The notes: generated by a model from the sequence alone, not told the origin. A DNA stretch of 19,246 nucleotides from Halobacteriaceae archaeon (GCA_042216675.1 JBDGTS010000001.1:1-19246), one strand, 5' to 3'; numbered from the stretch's first letter, positions 8,269-16,234 are shown. A program made the numbers and translations.

Positions 8269-9437
8269 TCCGCCACCTCCCGTTCGAGGACGTGTACGAC
8301 GGCGGCGCCGCCACTCCCGCCGACGTTGTGTGTCAGGCCGTATTTCGCGTCCTCGACCTGGCGGTCGCCGGCTTTGCCGCTCAGTTGCTTGAACGCCTCG
8401 GTGACCTGTCCCGCACCGGTCGCGCCGATGGGGTGGCCCTTGGATTTGAGACCGCCCGACGCGTTGACCGGGAGGTCGCCGTCCAGGTCCGTGACGCCCT
8501 CGTCGAGCAGACGATGGGCCTCGCCGCGCTCGCAGAAGCCCAGGTCCTCGTAGGCGAGCAGTTCCGCGATGGCGAAACAGTCGTGAATCTCCGCGAAGTC
8601 CACGTCGTCGGCCGTGATGCCGGCTTCCTCGTAGGCCTGGTCGCCCGCCTTCTTCGAGGAGGCGATGCCCGTGTAGTCGTCGCGCTGGAAGAGGCCGACC
8701 CGTTCGCTGGCCGCACCGACGCCCGCGACGCGAATGGGGTCGTCCGTGTACTCGTCGACGACGTCCTCGCTCGCGACCAGAACTGCCGCCGCGCCGTCGG
8801 AGGTCGGACAGCAGTGATAGAGGTTCAGCGGGTCGGCGACCACCGGCGCGCCGACCGCGTCGTCGAGCGAACACTCGAAGCCGAGGTGGGCGTTGGGATT
8901 TTTCGCCCCGTTGGCGTGGTTCTTCACCGCGACCATCGAGAGATGTTCCGGCGTCGCCTCGTACTGGTCGAGATACGTACTCGCCATCTGGGCGTAGACG
9001 CCGGCGAAGGTCGTCCCGGTCAGACGCTCCCACTCGGTCTCGCCGCTGACGCCGAGCCAGTACTTGGTCACGTCGCTGCTCATGTCGGTCATGATTTCGA
9101 CGCCGCCGGCGAGTGCCACGTCGGCCATCCCGCTCTTGACCGCCTGGATGGCCTGTCGAACGGAGTACCCGGAGGCCGCACAGGCGTTCTCGATGCGCGA
9201 ACTCGGAATGCCGTGGAGGCCGGCGTGTTCGGTCGCCGCCGGGCCCGAAAGCCCGAGTTGGCGGCCACCGACACCGAGCGACCCGATGACGGCTTCGTCG
9301 ATGTCGTCCTCGTCGATACCATTCGGTACGCTGTCGACGGCCCGCTCGAACGCGGACGTGAACAGCGACCGATAACTCTCGTCGGGCATCGCGCCGAACG
9401 GCGTCTGCCCTGCGCCGATAACGTAGGCGTCCCGCAT
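8265..9437 (-). CDS. Archaeal/SCP-x-type thiolase (acetyl-CoA acetyltransferase catalytic subunit)
   Basis: Start ATG 9437 (MRDAYVIGAGQTPFG); 390 aa. RIENACAAS, VAVKNH.NG..NP.AH, CCPTSDGAAA, EIHDCF, NASGGLKSKGHPIGATG, HNVGG. Promoter-like GAAAAGGTATTTC lies 25-37 nt upstream. Confidence 0.92.
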   Translation of the reverse strand: MRDAYVIGAGQTPFGAMPDESYRSLFTSAFERAVDSVPNGIDEDDIDEAVIGSLGVGGRQLGLSGPAATEHAGLHGIPSSRIENACAASGYSVRQAIQAVKSGMADVALAGGVEIMTDMSSDVTKYWLGVSGETEWERLTGTTFAGVYAQMASTYLDQYEATPEHLSMVAVKNHANGAKNPNAHLGFECSLDDAVGAPVVADPLNLYHCCPTSDGAAAVLVASEDVVDEYTDDPIRVAGVGAASERVGLFQRDDYTGIASSKKAGDQAYEEAGITADDVDFAEIHDCFAIAELLAYEDLGFCERGEAHRLLDEGVTDLDGDLPVNASGGLKSKGHPIGATGAGQVTEAFKQLSGKAGDRQVEDAKYGLTHNVGGSGGAAVVHVLEREVAE

Positions 9438-9562
9438 ACCCAGTTGTTCCCGAGGTACTGAGAAATACCTTTTCCTCACAGTGCGTTCCCCGTCGGCCGT
9501 GATGGACGACGAATCCCGTCGGCGAGAATTGTCGCTCAACCTATGGGACACAGACCCAAATC

Positions 9563-9570
9563 ATTTTTAC
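9563..9570 (+). promoter_or_regulatory. TATA-like box of paaK
   Basis: AAATC-ATTTTTAC about 30 nt upstream of ATG 9599. Confidence 0.45.
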
Positions 9571-9598
9571 CGGGGATCTTCCAATCGATATGTGAAGC

Positions 9599-10888
9599 AT
9601 GGTGCATTCGCCCGTAGAGACGAAAGACCGTTCGGAAATTCGTGAGATCCAGAACGACCGCCTCCAGGAGACGGTCGAACGTGCGTACGAGAACGTCCCG
9701 TTCTATCGCGAGCAACTCGACGAAGCCGGCGTGTCCCCCGAGGACATCGAGAGCGTCGACGACGTCACGACGCTCCCGATGACGACCAAGGAGGACTTCC
9801 GCGACGAGTACCCCGACGGCCTCTTCGCCGTCGACGACGACGCCATCCGTCGCATCCACGCCTCGTCGGGGACCACCGGCAAGCCCAAGATCGTCTCCTA
9901 CACCGAGGACGACCTCGACGTCTGGAGTGAGGTCGTCGCCCGCTCGCTGAAGGCGGGCGGCGTCAACCCGGGAGACACCGTCCAGAACGCCTACGGCTAC
10001 GGGCTGTTCACCGGCGGCCTCGGTCTCCACTACGGCGTCGAAGAACTCGGCGCGACCGTCATCCCCATCGGGAGCGGTGGCACCCAGCGCCAGGTCGAAC
10101 TGATGACCGACCTCGAGAGCGACGCCCTCTCGTGTACGCCGTCGTACGCCCTCTACCTCGCCGAGACGGCCGAGGAGATGGGCTACGACCCGAAAGAACT
10201 CCCCATCTCGACCATCATCTTCGGGGCCGAGCCCTGTACGGAGCCGATGCGCGCCGAAATCGAAGAGCGCCTCGACGTGAACGGCATCGACATCTACGGC
10301 CTCTCCGAAATCATCGGTCCGGGCGTCTCCAACGAGTGCCACGAGGCTCAGGACGGTCTCCACATCTGGGAGGACCACTTCTACCCCGAAGTCATCGACC
10401 CCAAGACGGGCGAACCCGTCGAGGAAGGCGAAGAGGGCGAACTCGTCCTGACGACGCTCTCGAAGGATGCGCTCCCCGTCCTGCGCTACCGCACCGGCGA
10501 CCTCACGACGCTCAACTACGACGAGTGTGAGTGTGGCCGCACGCTCGTCCGCATGGACAACGTCACCGGGCGCGCCGACGACCTGCTCATCGTCCGCGGG
10601 GTCAACCTCTACCCGAGCGAAATCGAACACGTCGTCCTCGACGTCGACGGCGTCGCACCCCACTACCGCATCGACCTCCACAAGGAGGGCAACCTCGACG
10701 TGATGGAACTCACCATCGAGATGGACGTGGACTTCGACGGCGACGCAGCGGAACTGCGCGACACCGTCACCACGCGCCTGTCGAACGTCCTGCAGTTCAC
10801 GCCGGACGAACTCGACATCGTCGAACCCGGTGGCGTCGAGCGCACCGAGGTCGGGAAGGTCCAGCGCGTCTTCGACCACCGCGAATAA
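9599..10888 (+). CDS. paaK: Phenylacetate-CoA ligase
   Basis: 429 aa. RIHASSGTTGKP, YGYGLFTGGLGLHYG, CTPSYAL, FGAEP, DIYGLSEIIGPGV, HIWEDHFYPE, RYRTGDLT, GRADDLLIVRGVNLYPSEIE. Confidence 0.96.
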   Translation: MVHSPVETKDRSEIREIQNDRLQETVERAYENVPFYREQLDEAGVSPEDIESVDDVTTLPMTTKEDFRDEYPDGLFAVDDDAIRRIHASSGTTGKPKIVSYTEDDLDVWSEVVARSLKAGGVNPGDTVQNAYGYGLFTGGLGLHYGVEELGATVIPIGSGGTQRQVELMTDLESDALSCTPSYALYLAETAEEMGYDPKELPISTIIFGAEPCTEPMRAEIEERLDVNGIDIYGLSEIIGPGVSNECHEAQDGLHIWEDHFYPEVIDPKTGEPVEEGEEGELVLTTLSKDALPVLRYRTGDLTTLNYDECECGRTLVRMDNVTGRADDLLIVRGVNLYPSEIEHVVLDVDGVAPHYRIDLHKEGNLDVMELTIEMDVDFDGDAAELRDTVTTRLSNVLQFTPDELDIVEPGGVERTEVGKVQRVFDHRE

Positions 10889-10901
10889 TCGCGATCGTCG
10901 G

Positions 10902-11300
10902 TCAGGAAAGGCGATAGACGCGACCGCGGAACGTCGCGATTCGCTCGTCGGCTTCGTCCGTCACTTCGATTTCGTACTCTGCAGTCTTCCCCGCTAGATG
11001 CGTCTCCTCGGCCGTGGCCGTCAGCGTCTCACCAGTGTCGACGGCTTCCAGATACGAGATGTTCGTCTCCAGTGCGACGGCCGTCTCGCCATGGGAGTTC
11101 GAGGCCGCGGCGAAGGCGGCGTCGGCCAAGGAGTAGATGGCACCACCGTGTGGCGTGCCGTGGAAGTTCAGCAGGTCCTCGGTAATCGTCAGTTCCGTGC
11201 GGGCGTAGCCCGCTTCGAGTTCCGCGACGTCGATACCGAGCGTCTCGCAGTACGCATCGGATTCGATACGCGTCCGTGTCTCTTCAGGTACGTCTGCCAT
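10902..11300 (-). CDS. paaI: Hotdog-fold acyl-CoA thioesterase PaaI
   Basis: Likely start ATG 11300 (MADVPEE...), with TATTTAT box at 11327-11333 on the minus strand. Signature LNFHGTPHGGAIYSLADAAFAAASN; 132 aa. Confidence 0.92.
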   Translation of the reverse strand: MADVPEETRTRIESDAYCETLGIDVAELEAGYARTELTITEDLLNFHGTPHGGAIYSLADAAFAAASNSHGETAVALETNISYLEAVDTGETLTATAEETHLAGKTAEYEIEVTDEADERIATFRGRVYRLS

Positions 11301-11419
11301 ACGGGAGACCATTTCCGAAAGCTGGGATAAATACGTACTGGTGGCCACACTGCCTCGCGCTCCGGGTCGAGACCCGTCGGAGCGTAAAGTTATTTACCAC
11401 CGCTCGGAGATACTTCGGT

Positions 11420-11881
11420 ATGGCTTATAGCTACGAGCCACACCACTTCGAAGACTTCGAGGAAGGAGAGGAGTTCATCAGCGTCGGCCGCACGGTCACC
11501 GAGTCGGACTTCGTGATGCACTCGGCGCTCAGCGGCGACTGGACCGAACTCCACACCAACAAGGAATACGCGGCCGAACAGGACGACTTCGACGGGCGCA
11601 TCGCCCACGGGCCGATGACGTTCGTCCAGGCGACCGGCTTCGTCTACCGCACGGGTATCGTCGAGCGGACCGCGCTGGCGTTCCTGGGGATGAACTACAT
11701 GGACCTCCCGAACCCGGTCTACATCGGCGACACGCTCCAGCTGGAGATGGAGGTCACGGAGAAAAAGGAGGTCGGCCGCGACGACGCCGGCCTCGTCGTC
11801 CTCGACACGGAGATGGAGAACCAGGACGGGACGACCGTCCTCGAGGGCGACATGAAGTTCCTCATCAAGAAGAAAGACTGA
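11420..11881 (+). CDS. MaoC-family (R)-hydratase, PaaZ C-terminal-domain-like
   Basis: Start ATG 11420 (MAYSYEPHHFEDFEEG), TATA TTATTTAC at 11390-11397. GRTVTESD, SGDWTELH (Asp-x4-His dyad), IAHGP, PVYIGDT; 153 aa. Confidence 0.9.
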   Translation: MAYSYEPHHFEDFEEGEEFISVGRTVTESDFVMHSALSGDWTELHTNKEYAAEQDDFDGRIAHGPMTFVQATGFVYRTGIVERTALAFLGMNYMDLPNPVYIGDTLQLEMEVTEKKEVGRDDAGLVVLDTEMENQDGTTVLEGDMKFLIKKKD

Positions 11882-11882
11882 G

Positions 11883-12545
11883 TCAGTTCACGTTCCCGAA
11901 GAGCTGCTGAAACACGGTTTGCTGGGCGCGTTTGATACGTCCGAGGAACGACGACTTGCTGATGCCGAGGTCGTCGGCGACCTCGGTCGCGGTCGCGTCC
12001 CGTGGAACGTTGAAGTATCCGCGCCGGAGCGCGGCGATGAGCGCTTCGCGCTGCTGTTTCGTGAGTTGTCGCTCGATAGAGGCGTCGAGGCCGTGGTCGC
12101 CGTCCGTCTCGGGCGTTATCTCCGCGACCCGGTCGAGGCGCACATTGCCCATGTCCTTCGCGACGTGGATGACGTTCTCGAGTATCTCCCGGCCGACGAC
12201 CGACCCCCGGAAGCGCTCGGTGCCGTCGACGAGGTGAATCTCGTGGGGCATGAACCCCGCCGTGGTGAGTTCCCGGAGGACGCAACTGTCGTGGAGCAGA
12301 CAGCGACACTGCGCGAGACTCCCGCCGTCCGAAACCTGGAGGTAGTCGATTTCGTCGGCCAGGTCGAGCGTCTCCGCGAACGGTTCGACGTCCCCCTCGG
12401 CGTACAGGTGGACGAGCGTGCGGCCGTCGTCACGGTGGGCCGGCGGCGTCTCGTCGACGACGACGTCGTGGTCCGCCGTCGCTTCCACGACCGGGCAGTC
12501 GTTCCCGGTGACGGTGAACTCCACGGCGAGACAGTCGTCGATCAT
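11883..12545 (-). CDS. Bat-type (HTH_10) haloarchaeal transcriptional regulator
   Basis: Likely start ATG 12545 (MIDDCLAVEF). C-terminal LTKQQREALIAALRRGYFNVPRDATATEVADDLGISKSS; Cys-rich N-terminal part (DCP, CRC, SC). Divergent from paaA; 220 aa. Confidence 0.9.
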   Translation of the reverse strand: MIDDCLAVEFTVTGNDCPVVEATADHDVVVDETPPAHRDDGRTLVHLYAEGDVEPFAETLDLADEIDYLQVSDGGSLAQCRCLLHDSCVLRELTTAGFMPHEIHLVDGTERFRGSVVGREILENVIHVAKDMGNVRLDRVAEITPETDGDHGLDASIERQLTKQQREALIAALRRGYFNVPRDATATEVADDLGISKSSFLGRIKRAQQTVFQQLFGNVN

Positions 12546-12660
12546 CGTGCTTCTAGATAGCAAGTATCCCCCTCCCAATAAGTGTATCCACGGATTCGCC
12601 GGGACGACGACCGCCACCGACCGCACTCGCCGCGGCCCGATTGCCACCCCCATTTCAATC

Positions 12661-12676
12661 CCGCTCCATGGAGCGG
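12661..12676. promoter_or_regulatory. Perfect 16-bp palindrome upstream of paaA, candidate regulator site
   Basis: CCGCTCCATGGAGCGG, directly upstream of a weak TATA-like TTCTAT (12682-12687) and about 35-55 nt before the paaA start. Confidence 0.45.
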
Positions 12677-12716
12677 TCCGGTTCTATCAGCTACCACGCC
12701 CTCGTTTCAGATGCGA

Positions 12717-13625
12717 ATGAGCGCCCAAGAACGAACGATCAAAGAACGAGTGCAGGCGGGTGAACAGGTCGAGACGTCGGAAGACCTGCCCGAGGAGTAC
12801 AAGCGGGCAGCCCAGCGGATGATTCAGTTCCACGCCAATAGCGAAATCGTGGGGACGCTGCCCGAGAAACAGTGGATCAAGAAAGCGCCGTCGCTCCGGC
12901 GCAAACGCGCCATCAGCGCGAAGGTGCAAGACGAGGCCGGCCACGCCCAGGTGCTCTACCGGACGGCCGAGACGCTCGGGCTGAAGACCCGCGAGGAGAT
13001 GATCGAAGAGCTGGTCGACGGCGAGTCCAAGTACGTCACCGTCTTCAACTACCCGACGAAGACGTGGGCGGACGCCGCCTACATCGCCATGTTCATCGAC
13101 GGGGCCGCGATGTTCCGCCAGGGGTCGCTGACGGCGTCCTCCTACGCGCCGTACGCCCGTGGCCTCCGCAAAATCTGCTACGAGGAGTCGTTCCACGTCA
13201 AACACGGCGAGGACATCGTCCGCTCGCTGGCCACCGGTTCCCGGAAGGAACAGGAACTGATGCAGGAAGCGGTCGACCGCTGGTACGAGCCGACGCTGCA
13301 GTTCTTCGGGCCGCGCGACTCGGCCTCCGAACACCAGGACGTCCTCCAGGAGTGGGGACTGAAGGTCAAGACCAACGACGAACTCCGCCAGGAGTTCCTG
13401 AACAACTTCTACGTGCCCAAGCTGGAGAAATACGGGCTCGAACTGCCCGACGACCAGCTGGAGTACGACGAGGAGGCAGAGCGCTGGAACTACAAGGACC
13501 TCGACTGGGAGCGCTTCCTGGAGGTGTCCCGCGGGAACGGGCCGGTCAACGACGAGCGACTGACCGACCGGCGCGACGCCATCGAGGACAACGACTGGGT
13601 CCGCCGTGCAGCGGGGGTGGCCTGA
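12717..13625 (+). CDS. paaA: 1,2-phenylacetyl-CoA epoxidase catalytic diiron subunit
   Basis: HANSEIVG, APSLRRK, AKVQDEAGH, FNYPT, IDGAA, SYAPYAR, ICYEESFH, FFGP, WGLK..TNDELRQEF. All diiron ligand motifs are present. Start 12711 or 12717. Confidence 0.95.
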   Translation: MSAQERTIKERVQAGEQVETSEDLPEEYKRAAQRMIQFHANSEIVGTLPEKQWIKKAPSLRRKRAISAKVQDEAGHAQVLYRTAETLGLKTREEMIEELVDGESKYVTVFNYPTKTWADAAYIAMFIDGAAMFRQGSLTASSYAPYARGLRKICYEESFHVKHGEDIVRSLATGSRKEQELMQEAVDRWYEPTLQFFGPRDSASEHQDVLQEWGLKVKTNDELRQEFLNNFYVPKLEKYGLELPDDQLEYDEEAERWNYKDLDWERFLEVSRGNGPVNDERLTDRRDAIEDNDWVRRAAGVA

Positions 13626-13626
13626 G

Positions 13627-13902
13627 ATGAGTGGGACTCCCGAGCAGAACGTCTACTACGTGTTCCGACGCCAGGGGTCGGGCGCGCCCCTGACCGAAGT
13701 CGGGAGCGTCGACGCGAAGAACGCTCGCCTCGCGAAGATGTACGCGCGTGAGAACTACGCGCGACGCAAAAAGACGACCAACCTCGTGGTCGTCTGCGAG
13801 GAGGACATGAACGAAATCGGCGAGGACGTCGCCTACGGCGGCGCCTTCGACAAGGAGTACCGGAAGGACGAAGGCTACGACGTGGAGGGCTTCCCAGCAT
13901 GA
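13627..13902 (+). CDS. paaB: Epoxidase small subunit PaaB (divergent)
   Basis: 91 aa from ATG 13627. YYVFRR...VGSVDA.NA.LA.MYARENYARR...LVVV...DKEYR; located between paaA and paaC. Confidence 0.85.
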   Translation: MSGTPEQNVYYVFRRQGSGAPLTEVGSVDAKNARLAKMYARENYARRKKTTNLVVVCEEDMNEIGEDVAYGGAFDKEYRKDEGYDVEGFPA

Positions 13903-14702
13903 AATCTATCGACGAACTCGCGACCGACATCGACGACGACGTCGAGCGGGGCCTGGCGGCGGCCCTGCTCGAAGCGGCCGACGACGACCACGTGATGGGG
14001 AATCGCCTGAGCGACTGGACCGGCGTCGCGCCGACCGTGGAGGAGGACGTCTCCATCAGCAACATCGCCCAGGACGAACTCGGCCACGCCGAGGGGCTCT
14101 ACGAGGCGGTCGCCGACGTCATCGACTCCTCGCTGGACGAGTTGGCCTACGGGCGCGACCCCGAGGACTACCGGAACGCCCAGTTGGTCGAACGCGAGTT
14201 CGCGGACTGGGCCGACACCGTCGTCCGCCAGTACTTCTACGACGTGGCCGACGCCATCCGGTTCGAGGCGCTGCTCGACGGCGCCGTCGCCGAGTACGAC
14301 GAGTCGCTCGCGGGCTACCTCACGAAGGTCGGCGAGGAAGAGGAGTTCCACACCGAACACGGCGACGTGTGGTTCGAGACGCTCGCCGAGGACGAGGAAG
14401 GCAAGGAGAAGGTCCAGCGCGCCATCGACGCGAACTGGGTCGACGCGCTGGCCTTCTTCGCCACCGGAACCCACGGCGTCGCCCTCGGTGACGAAGGCGT
14501 CTACGCCCGCTCGCTCGACGACCAGCGCGAGGCCTTCGTCGAGGAGGTGTCGGCGACGCTCGAATCGTACGGCTACGACGTGCCCGACGAGGACGACGCC
14601 GACCTCGGCGCGGGCCGGGCCGGCAAACACACCGACGACCTGTTCGACCTGCTGGCGGAGACGCGTGAAGTCCGCGAACAGGGAATCGACGTGCCCGCGT
14701 GA
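13899..14702 (+). CDS. paaC: Epoxidase subunit PaaC
   Basis: 267 aa. ADDDHVMGNRLSDW..VAPTVEEDV..SNIAQDELGHA, DELAYGR, YRNAQLVE, EEEFH..H, GRAGKHT. ATGA overlap with paaB. Confidence 0.93.
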   Translation: MKSIDELATDIDDDVERGLAAALLEAADDDHVMGNRLSDWTGVAPTVEEDVSISNIAQDELGHAEGLYEAVADVIDSSLDELAYGRDPEDYRNAQLVEREFADWADTVVRQYFYDVADAIRFEALLDGAVAEYDESLAGYLTKVGEEEEFHTEHGDVWFETLAEDEEGKEKVQRAIDANWVDALAFFATGTHGVALGDEGVYARSLDDQREAFVEEVSATLESYGYDVPDEDDADLGAGRAGKHTDDLFDLLAETREVREQGIDVPA

Positions 14703-15130
14703 CCATGGACGTCGCAAACCTCATCGAACGGAACGCGCCGGGGTTCGAACTCGACGCGGTCGAGGAGGCGTTCCCCGACTACGAGGTCGAGGGCACCCTC
14801 ACGGAAGACGACCTCTGGGCGGCGCTGGAAGACGTCGAGGACCCTGAACTGCCGGTGAGCCTGGTCGACCTGGGTCTCATCCGGGCGGTCGACCTCGACG
14901 ACGGCCACGCCGAGGTGTCCATGACGCTGACCTACACCGGGTGTCCCGCCCGCGAAATCATGCTGACGATGGTCGAGCGACGGCTCGAACTGCTCGACGG
15001 CGTCGAGAGTGCGAACTGCGAACTGGACTACACCGACCCGTGGACGCCCGAGGACATGACAGAGACCGGGCGCCAGCAACTGGGCGACGCAGGCTTCGCC
15101 TGTCCGCTCAGCGGGAGGAGGGAGGAATGA
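14699..15130 (+). CDS. paaD: PaaD N-terminal (DUF59/SufT-like) protein
   Basis: LEDVEDPELPVSLVDLGLIRAV, MTLTYTGCPA, PWTPEDMTETGRQQL. GTGA overlap with paaC (alternative ATG 14705). Lacks the C-terminal Zn ribbon. Confidence 0.9.
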   Translation: MTMDVANLIERNAPGFELDAVEEAFPDYEVEGTLTEDDLWAALEDVEDPELPVSLVDLGLIRAVDLDDGHAEVSMTLTYTGCPAREIMLTMVERRLELLDGVESANCELDYTDPWTPEDMTETGRQQLGDAGFACPLSGRREE

Positions 15131-15333
15131 CCGACCGCGTCGACCGGGACGACGAGGGAAGCGTCAACGCCAGGATGGACGAGAACGCTGGCCGGCCGGT
15201 CGACGACGCGACGGTGGCGTGTCCCTACTGCGGGTCGACGGAGACCCACGTCGAGAACGCACGGGGCCCCTCGATGTGTCGGACCATCTATCACTGCGAC
15301 GACTGTGAGAGCCCCTTCGAACGATTCGGCTAG
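15127..15333 (+). CDS. Small Zn-ribbon protein equivalent to the PaaD C-terminal domain
   Basis: 68 aa from ATG 15127 (ATGA overlap, GGAGG SD). VACPYCGS......GPSMCRTIYHCDDCESPFERF matches the PaaD C-terminal CPxCGS...C.....C..C.EPF pattern. Confidence 0.85.
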   Translation: MTDRVDRDDEGSVNARMDENAGRPVDDATVACPYCGSTETHVENARGPSMCRTIYHCDDCESPFERFG

Positions 15334-15341
15334 AAATACAT

Positions 15342-15833
15342 ATGGAATACGAAACATCACTGACGGACGCGACGGTACGGACGGCGACGGCTGCCGACGC
15401 CGAGGAGATAATGAAGCTGTGGAACGGCTACGCGGACACGCTCGCCGACTACGACGAGCGGTTCACCATCGAGGAGGGTGGCCGCGAGAAGTGGCAGTCG
15501 TACTTCACCAACAGCCTGGTGAACTCCTCGCGCGGTGACATCCTCCTCGCGGAACGCGGCGAGGACGTCGTCGGCGCGCTCGAAGTCCGCGTCACCGGCG
15601 GCCATCCCGTCTTCAAGTTCGGCAAGCACGGGCAGGTGTACGGCCACTACGTCCATCCCGGGGACCGGGGCGAGGGCGTCGGTCGGGCGCTGCTGGAAGC
15701 CGCCGAGGACTGGTTCCAGGACCACGACATGCCGTTCTGGCGCGTCGACGTCCTCCACGGCGTCGACGAGGAGGCGCTCTACGAGGAGTTCGGCATGAAA
15801 CCGATGGAAGTCACCTACGAGAAGGAGTTGTGA
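15342..15833 (+). CDS. GNAT-family acyltransferase
   Basis: 163 aa. VRTATAADAEEI, motif A YVHPGDRGEGVGRALLEAAEDW, ALYEEFGMK. Starts 8 bp after the Zn-ribbon gene and ends 1 bp before the ferredoxin. Confidence 0.9.
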   Translation: MEYETSLTDATVRTATAADAEEIMKLWNGYADTLADYDERFTIEEGGREKWQSYFTNSLVNSSRGDILLAERGEDVVGALEVRVTGGHPVFKFGKHGQVYGHYVHPGDRGEGVGRALLEAAEDWFQDHDMPFWRVDVLHGVDEEALYEEFGMKPMEVTYEKEL

Positions 15834-15834
15834 G

Positions 15835-16149
15835 ATGACTGACGCCGCCGACACCACGGAGGGTTCGGACGACGCCGAGACCTACACCTGCGAGTTCGTC
15901 GAGGAAGGCGTCGAGATAGAGGTGGCCGAAGACGAGTACATCCTCGAGGCGGCGCTCGACGAGGACATCGAGTTACAGTACTCCTGCCTGCAGGGCGTCT
16001 GTGCCTCCTGCAGTGCGAAAGTCGAGGGCGACATCGAGCAGGGCGAAGAACGCGTGCTCACGCAGTGGGAGAAACAGCAGGGCTACGGGTTGCTCTGTGT
16101 CGCCTATCCCCGGTCGGACCTGACGATTCACTCCAACGAAGAACCCTGA
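15835..16149 (+). CDS. Plant-type [2Fe-2S] ferredoxin
   Basis: 104 aa. YILEAA, YSCLQGVCASC, LLCVAYPRSDLTI (Cx4Cx2C...C). Confidence 0.93.
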   Translation: MTDAADTTEGSDDAETYTCEFVEEGVEIEVAEDEYILEAALDEDIELQYSCLQGVCASCSAKVEGDIEQGEERVLTQWEKQQGYGLLCVAYPRSDLTIHSNEEP

Positions 16150-16201
16150 CGTTGCCCGACATTTTTCGGGGTCTCGCGCCGTGACAGGCAGTACATAAAC
16201 T

Positions 16202-16207
16202 GTTAAG
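16202..16207 (+). promoter_or_regulatory. TATA-like box of the aldehyde dehydrogenase gene
   Basis: AAACT-GTTAAG about 28-33 nt upstream of ATG 16235. A T-run at 16162-16166 may end the upstream operon. Confidence 0.5.
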
Positions 16208-16234
16208 GGTGCTGGAACGTTCCTATCGAATGCA

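Noticed and set aside
6832-9033. 733-aa ORF suggesting a large fusion protein
   Set aside because: The first 255 codons are Arg/Gly-rich off-frame read-through of the thiolase gene. The real start is ATG 8268, with SD and ATGA overlap.
1804-13902. Upstream start codons in the ORF track for EthD (2253), thiolase (9551), paaI (11348), MaoC (11276), HTH (12653), paaA (12582) and paaB (13606)
   Set aside because: The extensions run through promoter regions or neighbouring genes and lack family-like sequence. Downstream ATGs fit TATA spacing or translational coupling.
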